Below are positions 47,451-58,670 of a DNA stretch of 64,000 nt, one piece after another (the first letter of the stretch is position 1; every line of letters begins with the position of its first letter). The stretch covers positions 3,712,001-3,776,000 of the forward strand of contig CAWAIF010000003.1 of assembly GCA_963782055.1 (NCBI GenBank), written 5' to 3'. Both the position numbers and the translations under genes were made by a program. The stretch is from an uncultured delta proteobacterium (lineage in GTDB: Bacteria > Myxococcota_A > Polyangia > Polyangiales > Polyangiaceae). Under the pieces are notes generated by a model. The model searched no databases. It saw only the letters and a program-made list of their open reading frames with translations, and was not told the origin of the DNA.

Positions 47451-49154
47451 TCAGTTAGGCGGGGGCGGCGGCGGGAGCTTGAAGTATTCCCACGCCGGGG
47501 TGTGGTTGCCCTCGTCGGCGGGCTGGTTCCACAGGTAGAGCGCGGCGTACGTGGTGACCTTGCCGCCCTCGACGACGACCGGGGTGATGAAGAGCTGCGG
47601 GAGGGTGCCCTGCCGCGTCGAGCTGAAGACGATCCAGTAGTAGGTGCGGCCGCCGGAGGTGCCGACGCTCGGCGCCCACTTCGGCCAGCTGTTGGTCACC
47701 CCTGGGCTCTTGCCGCCGGAGCACGCCGGCGGGTCGTTGGCAGCGAGACGCACCGCGGTTCCGCCCGCCGCCGGCACGACGTACACCTCCGCCTTCTGCT
47801 GGTTGTACATGTTGAGATCGTTGGGCGCCTCGGTGTAGGCGATCCACGCATCGTCGGGCGAAAACGACGGGTAGTACTCCTGCACCTTGGGATCGCTCGC
47901 GCCGGCCACCGGGGCAACCGCGCCGCCCGCGCGCGCGTTGTACGGCACGGTGTACAGGTCGGCGCGCGACCCGTTGTCGGTCTGCGACTGGTAGTAGCCG
48001 CCGAGGCGACCGTCGGTGGTGTGGTTGGTCGCGGTGTAGACGACGGTCGCGCCGTCGTGGCTGAAGGACGGCGCGGCGGCGCGGGTGCCCGCCGCCGCCG
48101 TGCCCTGGCGCGGGATCACGCCGCGCGCTGCGCCCGCCGTCTTCGCCTCGACGTCCAGCCAGACCAGGTCCGTTCCGTCGCTCGCGACCGCCGTGCGATC
48201 GCCCGGGGTCCAGTGGGCCTTGGAGAAGGAGGTGATGCCCAGCGGGCCCTGCTGCAGCACGGTCGCCGCGCCGGCGCCGAGGTAGCTCGGTGTCGTCCCG
48301 ATGAGGCCGGAGTCCACGCCGCCGTCGCCCGGATCCACGCGGGCCATCAGGTTGCCCCAGTTACCCGGCGGCGCGGAGAGCATCACGTCGTTGCCGTCGG
48401 GCGTGCCGGTGTGGCACCCGAAGCACTGCACCTGCGGGCTCTGCACCTGCGGCGGCGTCAGCGCGGAGACGACGGTCTCGTCGCCGACGGAGAAGCCCTT
48501 GAGGCCGGTGGAGCCCTTGATCCACCAGTAGACGATGCTGCCGGGCGCATCGACGGGCGCCACGCCGAGGGGGCCGCTGGTGCCGAGGGCGATGGAGGCC
48601 AGGTTCTGGCCGTCGAAGACGCCGCCGCGGATGGAGAGCGTCATCGCTTCATCGGCGGAGTGGTTGCGTAGCAGGTCCCACGTCGCCTGCGGCATCGTCC
48701 ACGACGTCTGCGTCGTGTACACGACGAGATCGGTCTTCTGGTTGGCGACGTGCAGGCGGATCTCGAAGAGGTTCTCCCCGCCAGAGGGCGTCCAGGAGAA
48801 GCGCGGGCGCAGCCAGTTGTGCGGATAGAGCGAGCCCACCTCCGGCTCGAAGAGGCAAGGTCCGCCGCTCCCCGCGCCCGCGTCGGCGTCCCCGAAGAGC
48901 TGCGCCGCGTTCTGCGGCGCGCCCGCGCCGGCGTCGCCGGTGTCGACGACCGGCGTGGGGAAGTCGTCGAAGACGCCGCCTGAGTCCGGCGCCGCGTCCC
49001 CGCCGCCGTCGTCGAAGGGGTTCGGCACCTCGCCCCCCGAGTCCGGATTCTGGAACACCGACGGCGGCGTGGCGTCCGTCCCGCAGCCGTACGCGAGGGC
49101 CGCTGCCACACCCAGCACGCCCGCCAGAACCCCGAAGGAACGCCTATGGCCCAT
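47451..49154 (-). CDS. TolB-like (PD40 repeat) lipoprotein
   Basis: Lipobox AYGC; PSFSHDG, YPSFSPDDAWIAY, NSWPKWAP, WIVFSSTR; CFGCH. Confidence 0.75.
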   Translation of the reverse strand: MGHRRSFGVLAGVLGVAAALAYGCGTDATPPSVFQNPDSGGEVPNPFDDGGGDAAPDSGGVFDDFPTPVVDTGDAGAGAPQNAAQLFGDADAGAGSGGPCLFEPEVGSLYPHNWLRPRFSWTPSGGENLFEIRLHVANQKTDLVVYTTQTSWTMPQATWDLLRNHSADEAMTLSIRGGVFDGQNLASIALGTSGPLGVAPVDAPGSIVYWWIKGSTGLKGFSVGDETVVSALTPPQVQSPQVQCFGCHTGTPDGNDVMLSAPPGNWGNLMARVDPGDGGVDSGLIGTTPSYLGAGAATVLQQGPLGITSFSKAHWTPGDRTAVASDGTDLVWLDVEAKTAGAARGVIPRQGTAAAGTRAAAPSFSHDGATVVYTATNHTTDGRLGGYYQSQTDNGSRADLYTVPYNARAGGAVAPVAGASDPKVQEYYPSFSPDDAWIAYTEAPNDLNMYNQQKAEVYVVPAAGGTAVRLAANDPPACSGGKSPGVTNSWPKWAPSVGTSGGRTYYWIVFSSTRQGTLPQLFITPVVVEGGKVTTYAALYLWNQPADEGNHTPAWEYFKLPPPPPPN

Positions 49155-49249
49155 GACAGAGAGGATACGCCTCGACAGTCGCACCGCAACTTTCCAGTCT
49201 GACCACAAGGCAACCAGCAGTGCAGGAAGCTCGACACGCGCGGCGAGCC

Positions 49250-50035
49250 GTGAAAAAAGTGGGGGCGACGGGTATCTCAGCGGGGCGATGGGGGTTCGGC
49301 TTGCTGGCGGTGGCGGCGGCCTGCTCGCACCACGCCGGCGAGGGCGCCTCCCCGGAGGCCCCGACCCCCTCCAGCACGCCATCCGCCGCGGTCGCGTCCC
49401 CCGCAGCGCCCGCGGCCGTCGCGCCCGTGGCGACGCAGGCCGGCGTCGCGCCGGTGGTGGTGGAGGGGGGCGTCGCCGACGGGCTGGAGGCCGGTCCGGT
49501 CGCCCCCCCCGCGCCGAAGGTGGTGCTGCAGTGCGGCGACTCGATGGTGGGCGGCTACGGCGGCCTCACCAAGGCGCTCGGCGACAAGTTCAAGGACGCC
49601 GGCGACCACTTCGTGCGCGACTGGGAGGTGAGCGTGAGCATCGCCACCTTCGATCACCAGAAGCGGCTGGCGGAGCTGCTCGCCAAGCACAAGCCCGACG
49701 TCGTCATCCTGACGCTCGGCGCCAACGACGTCTTCGTGCCCTTCCCCCAGTCGCTGGCCGGCCACGTGGCGTCCATCGCGCGCAAGGCCTCCGCCGGCGG
49801 GCGGGAGTGCTACTGGATGGCGCCCCCCCTGTGGAAGAAGGACACCGGCATCGTGCAGGTCATCAAGGACAACGCCTCGCCGTGCAAGGTGTTCGACGCC
49901 TCGCACCTGAAGATCGCGCGTGGCGGTGATGGCATCCACCCCACCGACAAGGGCGGCGAGACCTGGGCCTCGGCCTTCTGGGCCTTCTATGAGAGCCACG
50001 GCTCCCCCGACCTGGCGACGCCCGGGGCCCCCTAG
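49250..50035 (+). CDS. SGNH/GDSL hydrolase-like lipoprotein
   Basis: Lipobox AAAC; GDSM, LGAND, DGIHP. Confidence 0.8.
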   Translation: MKKVGATGISAGRWGFGLLAVAAACSHHAGEGASPEAPTPSSTPSAAVASPAAPAAVAPVATQAGVAPVVVEGGVADGLEAGPVAPPAPKVVLQCGDSMVGGYGGLTKALGDKFKDAGDHFVRDWEVSVSIATFDHQKRLAELLAKHKPDVVILTLGANDVFVPFPQSLAGHVASIARKASAGGRECYWMAPPLWKKDTGIVQVIKDNASPCKVFDASHLKIARGGDGIHPTDKGGETWASAFWAFYESHGSPDLATPGAP

Positions 50036-50099
50036 CGCGCCCTTCCGGCGAGGGGTGTCCTGGCTCATCGCGGCCCAAGGCTGTGGTAGCCTGACCGGC

Positions 50100-50750
50100 G
50101 TGAGAGCGATCGCCGTGTCGGGAGTGATGGCTGTTTTGGTGCTGCTGGTGGGCTGCGTGGGCGACACGCCGTCCTCCCCTACAGGACAGGCCGGCAGCAA
50201 GGGCGCCCCGTGCTACCCGAACGGGACGTGCAATCCGGGGCTGGCGTGCCTCAACGGGACGTGCTTCCTCACCGATGCGGGCGGGCAGGACTCCGGCGGC
50301 GACGCCGGTGGCACGGACGGCTCGACCGCCGATGGCTCCACGGGCGACGCGGGCGGCGACGCCGGGTCCCCCTGCCCCTTCCCCGGCACCAGCGACCCGG
50401 CGAAGGTCACGTGCGACAGCATCTCCTGCGACATCAACAACAAGCAGGTGTGCTGCGTAGGCAGCGCGTCGGCGAGCTGCAACCCCGACCCCTGCACCAC
50501 CGGCAAGGAGCTCGCGTGCGACGAGAAGGCGGACTGCCCGCAGAACCAGGTGTGCTGCGCGACGGGGGCGTCGGTGCAGCCTGCCTGCCCGGCGACGCTG
50601 ACGCTGAGCACCACGGGAGCCTTCTGCAAGCCGGACTGCCAGCCCGGCCTCGTCCTATGCGCGGTGGACGCCGACTGCCCCGACCCGAAGATGCACTGCC
50701 ACAATGCGCAGCCCTCGGACAGCAAGGAGCACCTGGGCGTGTGCCTGTGA
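50100..50750 (+). CDS. Cys-rich lipoprotein
   Basis: LVGC lipobox, CYPNGTCNPGLAC, DAGGQDSGGDAG linker, CDEKADCPQNQVCC. Confidence 0.75.
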   Translation: MRAIAVSGVMAVLVLLVGCVGDTPSSPTGQAGSKGAPCYPNGTCNPGLACLNGTCFLTDAGGQDSGGDAGGTDGSTADGSTGDAGGDAGSPCPFPGTSDPAKVTCDSISCDINNKQVCCVGSASASCNPDPCTTGKELACDEKADCPQNQVCCATGASVQPACPATLTLSTTGAFCKPDCQPGLVLCAVDADCPDPKMHCHNAQPSDSKEHLGVCL

Positions 50751-50770
50751 AGCGCACCCGGTGAGCGCCG

Positions 50771-53020
50771 TCAGTCGACGGTGATGGTGCCGCCGCAGGG
50801 GACGTTCACCTTCTTCTCCTTGCCCGACGAGCCGACCTGCACCTTGTGCTCGCCGCACCGGACGGTCAGCGGGTGGTCCCCCTGCCCCTTCACGTGGCCG
50901 TCCAGGTAGACGCGACGGTCCTTGGCCCACGAGGGGAAGTCGATGACGCCCTCGGTCGGCGAGGGCGCCGCGGCGACCGTGGTGGTGTCGGACGCGGAGG
51001 GCGCGGCCGTGACCGTGGGCGTGGCCGTCGCGACGGCGTGCGACGCGGCGGTGGTCACCAGAGGCGGCGCGGTGTCGGCGGCGGTGCTCACCGTCGTCGT
51101 CGCGGTGGTGGCGTGGTCCGTCTCCGCCGGCGGCGCGGTGGGCGCGACGCTCGACGTGTCGACGGTGGACGCCTCGGCGCGGTGCTGGACGAACCAGATG
51201 CCCACCGCGGCGGCGCCTCCGACCGCCACCAACACGCCGGCGATGATCCCGAACACGAGCCCGCCGCTGCGGCGTCCGGCCGCCGCCGGCAGCACGGGAG
51301 GCGGCTCCCCGAACGCCACCGGCGGGGCGAAGCGCGCAGGCGCGGCGGGCGGCGCGAACGGCGGACCCGCTGCGGCCGGCGCGAAGGGCCCGGCTGACGC
51401 GGGAGGCCCGAAGGCTGGCCCTGGAGGCGGAGACGCGACCGCCGGACCGGCTGCCGGCGGAGGCGGGCCCGCTGGCCCCGCCACCACGGGCAAACCAGGC
51501 GCGGGCGTCGCGGGCGTCGGCGGCGCGGGCGCGGGCCGCGCAGGCGCGGCAGCGGGCGCCCTCGGTGACGGCACCGGCGGCGCCTTCGCCCCGAGGGGAA
51601 CCGTCTCCCCGAACCTCACCGGCGAGGGCGTGGTCTTGGCGAAGGGATGCGGCGGCGCGCCCGGCGCGGCGCCGGCCTTCGGCGGGATCTCCAGGGTGGA
51701 CGCCGCATCCGAGGGGGTGTCCGCCGGCACCACCGAGATGGGCGCGAAGCCCTGCAGTGTCGGCTGGCTGAGACCGACCGCGCGCGGCGGCGACGACACG
51801 GGTCGGAAGCCGCTCGGGGTGTTGCGGCGCACCGGGTCCAGCGCGGCGGCCGTCGTGGCGAGCGCGGCGGCGCCACCGCGAGAGGGGGCCTGCGGCCGCG
51901 GCGGCTCCTGCGGCGAGAAGGACTGGGTGATCGGCCGCGGCACCGGCGGGCGCGGGGGCGGGGGGGCCGGCGCCGGCGACGTGGCCGGCGCGTCCGCCAG
52001 ATCGAAGGACGGCAGCGAGGCGGCCTCAGCCTCCACCGTGGCGCGCATGTCCTCGGCGATGGTGTCGCTGAGCGACTTGCGGCCCGCCGGCGCGAGCTGG
52101 CCGAGCACAAGCGCCAGGCGCTGTCGCGCGTCGTCCAGGTCGATGTGCGCGCGGAGCAGCGCCACCATCTCCTCCGCGGTGACCGCGCGCTTCGCCGGGT
52201 TGGGCTCCAGGCCGCGAGCGACCGCCTCGCGGATGGCCTCCGGCACGTCGGGGCGCAGCGCGTCGAGCGAGGGGAGCTTGGGCTCGGCCATCGCGCGCAG
52301 GACCTCCATCTCGGGGAGCTTGTCCGCCATGATGGCCTTCTTGCGGGCGAGCAGCTCCCAGAGCACGAGCGACGCCGCGTAGACGTCGGTGCGGATGGTG
52401 ACGCGCTCCCCGCGCACCTGCTCCGGCGCCATGTAGCCGTACGTGCCCTTGATGAGGCCCTGCTTCGTCTCCCCCTCGACGTCGGTCCCGGTGATCTTGG
52501 CGATGCCGAAGTCGGCCAGCTTGGCGTGGCCGTCCCACGGGATGAGCAGGTTGGACGGGTTGACGTCGCGGTGGATCACCGGCGTGGGGTTGCTGGTGTC
52601 GGGGTCGCGCGCGTCGTGCGCCGCGGCGAGGGCGTCGAAGATGCGCGCGGCGATGAAGAGGCTCGCGCGGTCGTCCAGCTTCTGGCCGCTCTGGTGGACG
52701 TGCGTCAGCAGCTTGGCGAGCGAGACGCCGTCGACGTACTCGAGCACCATGATGAGCTGCCCGTCCGACGTGAAGAAGTCGAAGAGCTTGACAATCGCCG
52801 GGTGGCTCAGGCGCGCGTAGGCGGCGGCCTCCCGCGTGAACATCTTGGCGAACTCGGGGTCGGTCTGGTGCTCGGAGAGCAGGCGCTTGAGCACGACCGT
52901 GCGCTCGAAGCCGTGCGGCCCCTCGGCGCGGGCGAGCAGGACGTCGCTGGTGCCGCCGGTCGCGAGTCGCTTGACGAGGCGAAAGCCTCCGATGCGACCG
53001 AGCGTGACGTCCTCGTCCAC
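50771..53020 (-). CDS. Ser/Thr protein kinase with Pro/Ala linker, TM and PEGA-like C-terminus
   Basis: HRDVNPSN, DFGIAK, YMAPEQ; C-terminal RVYLDG..GEHKVQV. Confidence 0.92.
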   Translation of the reverse strand: MDEDVTLGRIGGFRLVKRLATGGTSDVLLARAEGPHGFERTVVLKRLLSEHQTDPEFAKMFTREAAAYARLSHPAIVKLFDFFTSDGQLIMVLEYVDGVSLAKLLTHVHQSGQKLDDRASLFIAARIFDALAAAHDARDPDTSNPTPVIHRDVNPSNLLIPWDGHAKLADFGIAKITGTDVEGETKQGLIKGTYGYMAPEQVRGERVTIRTDVYAASLVLWELLARKKAIMADKLPEMEVLRAMAEPKLPSLDALRPDVPEAIREAVARGLEPNPAKRAVTAEEMVALLRAHIDLDDARQRLALVLGQLAPAGRKSLSDTIAEDMRATVEAEAASLPSFDLADAPATSPAPAPPPPRPPVPRPITQSFSPQEPPRPQAPSRGGAAALATTAAALDPVRRNTPSGFRPVSSPPRAVGLSQPTLQGFAPISVVPADTPSDAASTLEIPPKAGAAPGAPPHPFAKTTPSPVRFGETVPLGAKAPPVPSPRAPAAAPARPAPAPPTPATPAPGLPVVAGPAGPPPPAAGPAVASPPPGPAFGPPASAGPFAPAAAGPPFAPPAAPARFAPPVAFGEPPPVLPAAAGRRSGGLVFGIIAGVLVAVGGAAAVGIWFVQHRAEASTVDTSSVAPTAPPAETDHATTATTTVSTAADTAPPLVTTAASHAVATATPTVTAAPSASDTTTVAAAPSPTEGVIDFPSWAKDRRVYLDGHVKGQGDHPLTVRCGEHKVQVGSSGKEKKVNVPCGGTITVD

Positions 53021-53029
53021 GACGCCCCG

Positions 53030-53596
53030 TCAGTCCGGCTGCCCTTGATCGGCCAGGTCCTTCTCGACGGCGTCGAGCAGGACGTTGGCGCGCGCCTCGT
53101 CGATGCCCAGACCCTCCGCCAGGCTGTTGAGGACCTCGTTCTCCTCGTCGGCGATGGCGTTGTCGGCGAAGGCGATGGCCGCCGCGAGGACGAACGCCAC
53201 CTCCGCGCGCGCCTCGTCGTGCGCGAGCGCGGAGACCACCTCCTCCATGCGCTTCTCGCGGCCCTCGCTGCCCACCTTCCGCGAGGCGTCGTCCAGCATG
53301 GACTCGATCTGGCTGCCGCGCAGCGTGTCCCCGGAGAGGTTGCGCAGCGCGCCCTTGAGGACCACGCGCTCCTCGTCGGAGATCTCCCCATCGGCGGACA
53401 TCATCAGGTACATCGCCTCGCAGAGCGGGCCGTACTCCGCCACCAGCATGAGCGTCTCGGCGAGATCCGGCGTGACGTTCGCCGGCATCGCGATGCTCGG
53501 GCGCTGGCCCTTGGTGCGGAGCTGATCGCGCAGCCGGACGACGGTCGATGTGGAGAGCCAGAGCATGCGATCGAGCGTAGCCGTTTTGTCGCGCAA
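53030..53596 (-). CDS. TerB-like (tellurite-resistance family) protein
   Basis: SADGEISDEE and AIAFADNAIADEE..LAEGLGI. Confidence 0.8.
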   Translation of the reverse strand: MRDKTATLDRMLWLSTSTVVRLRDQLRTKGQRPSIAMPANVTPDLAETLMLVAEYGPLCEAMYLMMSADGEISDEERVVLKGALRNLSGDTLRGSQIESMLDDASRKVGSEGREKRMEEVVSALAHDEARAEVAFVLAAAIAFADNAIADEENEVLNSLAEGLGIDEARANVLLDAVEKDLADQGQPD

Positions 53597-53632
53597 TGGG
53601 CAGCGCCAAACCGCTATGATGCGGCGCGTACC

Positions 53633-54967
53633 TTGCCCACGACGAGCCCCTCACTGCCCGACAAGATCGGCCGCTTCGATGTTCGCGCCAGGCTGGCCGA
53701 CGGGGGCATGGCCCACATCTACGTCGGCCGGCTGAGCGGCCCGGCGGGCTTCGAGCGCCTGGTCGCCCTCAAGGTGATCAAGCCGGAGTACTCCAGCGAC
53801 CAGAGCTTCGTGAACATGTTCCTGGACGAGGCGCGCATCGCCGCGCGGCTCTCGCACCCGAGCATCGTGCAGGTCTACGAGCTGGGCGAGTACGAACCCG
53901 GGCCGCCCTCGGGGGACGTGCCGCCCTCCCAGCGGCCGCGCAAGCAGCTCTACATCGCGATGGAGCTACTCTTTGGCGAGTCGCTCTGGGACGTGTGGTT
54001 CACCGCGCAGCGCCGCAAGGACCCGCTGCCGGCGGACCTCGTCGCGTGGATCGGGGCGCGCGTGGCGGAGGGGCTGCACCACGCCCACGAGCTGGTGGAC
54101 GGCGGCGGCGTGCGACAGAACGTCGTCCACCGGGACATCAACCCGTCCAACATCTTCGTCACCTACGACGGGCAGGCGAAGATCATCGACTTCGGCCTGG
54201 CCAAGGCGAAGAACCGGATCACCGAGACCGGCCTCGGCGTCATCAAGGGCAAGGTGGCGTACATGGCGCCGGAGCAGACGCGCCACAGCAAGGACGTCGA
54301 CCACCGCGCCGACATCTTCGCGCTCGGCGTGACGCTCTGGGAGCTGACGACCAACCGCCGCCTCTTCAAGCGCGGCGACAACGTGTCCACGCTCGCCGCC
54401 GTCTCGGAGTGCAAGGTCCCCGACCCGTCCACCTTCGTGCCGGACTACTCCCCTGCCCTGTGGGAGATCCTGAAGAAGGCGCTCGCGAAGAACCGCGACG
54501 AGCGTTACCAGAGCGCGAAGGAGCTCGCCGACGCGCTGGATGCCTTCTCCCGCAGCCGCGGCCGGGTGGTGACCGCGGCGACGGTCGCCGCGACGATGGA
54601 GACCCTCTTCGGCGCCCAGCGGCAGCGCTACATGTCCTTCCTCGAGGAGGTCAAGAGCGAGCGGCCGGTGCCGAAGGAGGCGTTCCGCCAGCCGTCCGAC
54701 GGCGACGAGAACGCGGTCATCGTCGGCGCCGAGGTGGACAAGGACGCGAAGGCGCCGCCGGTGCCGAGCGTGCCCCTCACCGGCAAGAAGCTGGAGCTCG
54801 CCGAGGTGGATGGCGACGCGGAGAAGCGTCCGGACCCCTACGCGCCAGCGCCGCCCCCTGCCGCCCCGGACGTGCGACTGAAGGAAGATCGCCGCGCGTG
54901 GATCGCCGCGGCCGTCTTGCTGGTGGTCGCCGTGGTCACCGTCTGGTGGGCCACCCACCGGCTGTAG
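53633..54967 (+). CDS. Ser/Thr protein kinase with C-terminal TM (start uncertain)
   Basis: GGMAHIY, VALK, HRDINPSN, DFGLAK, YMAPEQ, DIFALG. Confidence 0.92.
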   Translation: MPTTSPSLPDKIGRFDVRARLADGGMAHIYVGRLSGPAGFERLVALKVIKPEYSSDQSFVNMFLDEARIAARLSHPSIVQVYELGEYEPGPPSGDVPPSQRPRKQLYIAMELLFGESLWDVWFTAQRRKDPLPADLVAWIGARVAEGLHHAHELVDGGGVRQNVVHRDINPSNIFVTYDGQAKIIDFGLAKAKNRITETGLGVIKGKVAYMAPEQTRHSKDVDHRADIFALGVTLWELTTNRRLFKRGDNVSTLAAVSECKVPDPSTFVPDYSPALWEILKKALAKNRDERYQSAKELADALDAFSRSRGRVVTAATVAATMETLFGAQRQRYMSFLEEVKSERPVPKEAFRQPSDGDENAVIVGAEVDKDAKAPPVPSVPLTGKKLELAEVDGDAEKRPDPYAPAPPPAAPDVRLKEDRRAWIAAAVLLVVAVVTVWWATHRL

Positions 54968-54971
54968 GCCC

Positions 54972-57900
54972 TCAGTCCTCCAGCTTGAAGAGGTCTTCCA
55001 GGTCCGACTTGGTGAGCTTCTTCGCGCCGCCCATGTCCTCGCTCAGCACGGCGCCGACGAGCTCGCGCTTCTTGCCGCCGAGCTCCAGGATCTTCTCCTC
55101 GATCGTTCCCTTGGCGATGAGCCGGTAGGTGGTGACGACCTTCGTCTGGCCGATGCGGTGGGCGCGGTCGGTCGCCTGGTCCTCGACGGCGGGGTTCCAC
55201 CACGGGTCGAAGTGCACGACGGTGTCGGCGGCGGTGAGGTTGAGGCCGCTGCCACCCGCCTTGAGGGAGATGAGGAAGACGGGCGCGCCGTCGTCGCGCT
55301 GGAAGCGCTCGACCACGGCCTGGCGGTCCTTGGTGGAGCCGTCCAGGTACTCGTACAGGACGCGGTCCTCGTCCAGCGCCTTCTTGATGAGCGTGAGCAT
55401 GCTGACGAACTGGCTGAAGACGAGCACGCGGTGCCCGCCGTCGACGCACGTCTGGATGAGCTCGCGCAGGGCGACGAGCTTGCCGGAGTCCTCGTCGCCG
55501 AAGTCGCGCGGGAGGCCGAGCAGGCGCGGGTCGCACGCCGCCTGCCGCAGGCGGGTGAGACCGGCGAGGATCTCGGATCTGCGACTTGGCGATGCCCTGG
55601 CGCTCCACCTCGTTCAGCACCTGGGCGCGCACCTCCTTGAGCACCGCGGCGTAGAGCGGCGCCTGCTCGCCCGCGAGCTCGCAGAACTGGTCGGCCTCGA
55701 TCTTCGCCGGCAGGTCCTTGGCGACCTCGCTCTTGGTGCGGCGAAGGATGAAGGGGTGGATCGTGGCGCGCAGGCGCTGGGCCACCTTCGGGTCGCCGGC
55801 GTCGATGGGGCGCGAGTAGCGCTCCTCGAACTTGTCCAGCGGGCCCAGCAGGCCGGGGCTGACGAAGTCGAAGATGCTCCAGATCTCCGACAGGCGGTTC
55901 TCGATCGGGGTGCCGGTCAGGGCGAGCCGCCGGTCGGACTTCATCCGCTTGGCGGCGCGCGCCGTGGCGGACATGGGGTTCTTGATGTTCTGCGCCTCGT
56001 CCAGGATGCAGTAGCGCCAGTCCATCCTGGCGAGGAGCTCCTCGTCGCGGCGAAGGAGCGCGTAGCTGGTGACCACCACGTCGGCCTCGTCCAGCTCCTC
56101 CTTGCGCTCCTTGCGGCCGCCGCCGTGCCACAGGTGGTACTTGAGCGACGGGGAGAACTTGTCCATCTCCTTGAGCCAGTTGGTCACGACGCTCGTCGGC
56201 GCCACGATGAGCGCCCGGAACTTCTTCTTCTTCTTGTCCTCGCTCTTGTCGTCGGCGGCCTTCACCGCGAGCATCAGCGCGATGGTCTGCACCGTCTTGC
56301 CGAGGCCCATGTCGTCGGCGAGGACGCCGCCGGAGCCGATCTCGTGCAGGAACCAGAGCCACTGGAAGCCGGCGTCCTGGTAGGGACGCAGGTGCGCCTT
56401 GAGGGTGCGCGGCTTCTTCGCGCCCTTGATCTCGTCGATCTCGCGCAGCTTCTTGAAGAGGTCGCGCGTGCCCTCGGTGAGGTTGGAGCGCCCCACCTGC
56501 AGGAGCAGCTCCTCGATGCGGCCGGCCTGCGAGAGCGGGAGCTTCTGGCCGTTGCCGCCGCTGGTGGCGAGGATCTCCGCCTGCCGCTGCAGCACCGCGC
56601 GCACCTTCTCCGGGTCCAGCCGGGCGAAGGAGCCGTCGGAGAGGCGCACGTACTTGCGGCCCTCCGAGAGGCAGCGCGCCAGCTCCTCCTGCGTGACGGG
56701 GATCCCCTCCGCCTCGAAGCTCATCCGGAGAGAGAGCCAGTCGACGCCGCTGGAGACGCGGACGTTGGCGCCGAGGGTCTCCCCCCGCACCTGCACGTCG
56801 ACGAGGTCGTCCGGCACGAAGAGGTCCCACTCGTCGGGGAGGGTGGTGATGCCGTCGGTCCAGAAGGTGATGGCGCCGTCCCCGCGGACGACGAAGCCCT
56901 GCCCTTCCTCGTCGGGCTGGAGGCCCAGGTCGCGCAGGCGGCTGGCGGCCTCCTGCTGCGCGGCGATGTCGCAGCGGATGCAGCGCGCCCGCTTCTGCGA
57001 CCCGCCCTCCGGCGGCTTGACGATCACCGGCGGGGTCATGCCGTCGGCGCGCACGTCGATCTCGACGTCCTCGTAGGCGGCCCGCAGCGACACGACCGCC
57101 TCGGTCAGGGCGCCGCCGGCGCGCATGCGGAAGGTGGGGACGAGGTCGACCACGTCGGCCACCTGCGAGAGATCCGGCAGCTCGGCGCCGACCTCCAGCG
57201 CCACCCTCGGCAGGCCCTGGCCGATGAGCGCGGGCAGGCCCTCGATGGGCTCGTGGATCACCGGCATCCGCGCCAGACGCCGGATGCTCGCGGGGGACAC
57301 CCGCTTGTCCACCGGCCGGGCCACGCCGTCCTGCGGGTCGACGTGCCATCCCGGGCTGCCGTCGAACCAGGCGCCCTGCCCCGCCAAGAAGCGGCGCGGG
57401 TCGCCGGGGCGGGTGAAGCTGGACTTCACCAGCACCACCGTGCCGTCCTGCGAGAGCTCCAGATCGAAGCGCGGGCGCAGCGGCTCGTCGCCGAAGCGCA
57501 GCTCCATCATCTGCGGCTCGACGATGACGCGCCGGCCCTTCAGGACGGCGAGGAGATCGCACGCGTCCTCGCCGCGCACCTCGATGCCCGGGCGACGCGG
57601 GCCCTCCGCCTCGAAGCGGGCGAGCATGCGCAGGGCGTCGCGATCGGCGGTGGGGTGCTGCGCCTGCGGCACCATGAGCGCGCTCGGCAGGAGGGGCGCG
57701 CGGGTGTCGGGGTCCATCACCGTGACCGTGAGCGACGGCTGCGGCCCGGTGCGGACGTGAAGGCGGTATTCGAGCTGCTTGGGCAGCGGGGGCATGGGCT
57801 CGTTGAGCCACGCCTCGACGCCCGTCTTGCCGTCGGTGCCCTGCCGCGCGAGAAGTCCGGCGGCCGCGACCTGCGCCTGCTTGAGCGCGCGCGCGCGCGC

Positions 57901-58347
57901 CCTGCGGCTGCGGCGGCCGCCGCCGCCTTCCGGCACGGGCATGGCGTAGGCGCTCACGCCGTTGGGCCCCGCGGTGACGGCCGGCAAGGGCGCGGCGGCG
58001 ACGCCGCCCCCCGACGCCTGGGGCGCCTGCGGCTTGGGCGGCCGGAACTGATCGCGCACGGCGATGAGCAGCGCGGCGACGTGCTTGCAGTGGCCATTGA
58101 TCTTGGAGAAGGCCGGACAGGTGCAGCTGGAGCTGATGCCCGTCGGCGCGAGCTGGATGGTGACGTGGTAGGGCTCGCTGTCGGTGCCGCGGACGTCACC
58201 CCTCGCCGCCCCCTCCTCGATGACGACGTTGTCGACGGCGTGGCGCCGCACGTAGTCGTAGCCCCGCAGGAAGGCGCGGGCGCCCAGAAGGCGGCGGAGC
58301 GCCCGGTCGTTGAGCGTGGAAATCGCGTCCGTGAAGGGAGTGGCCAC
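54972..58347 (-). pseudogene. SWIM zinc finger-SNF2 helicase with a one-base frameshift near 55575 (possibly a sequence error)
   Basis: CTCP..CKH SWIM; LADDMGLGKT, DEAQ, LTGTPIEN; VFSQF, SLKAGG, DPWWNP, QATDRAHRIGQ in a second frame; span is 3n+1. Confidence 0.85.
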
Positions 58348-58670
58348 TCGTCTCGCGCGCCTGCGCGCCCTTGCTCGTTATCGTGTTTCCCGAACGCGCC
58401 CGGGGCCCGCAGCGGGCGGGCCTGGCGTGGATGTCCGCGGCACGGACCAGAGCGCTGGTGGGGCGCGCTCCCCCTCTCCCCGGCGGCCTATCGGCTCGGG
58501 GGCGGGCTTACGCCGCCAGAACAGGCGGCGCCGCGGTGAACGCGACCGACCAGGGCCGAAGGCCGAGGAAAGGTCGTGAAAATGCACACCTCGAGTGCTC
58601 CGTAGCACCGCTATCTGTCCGTGGCAACACTCCCTTGCTGCCCCGCCGGGAGCGGGATACCACCCCAGAC

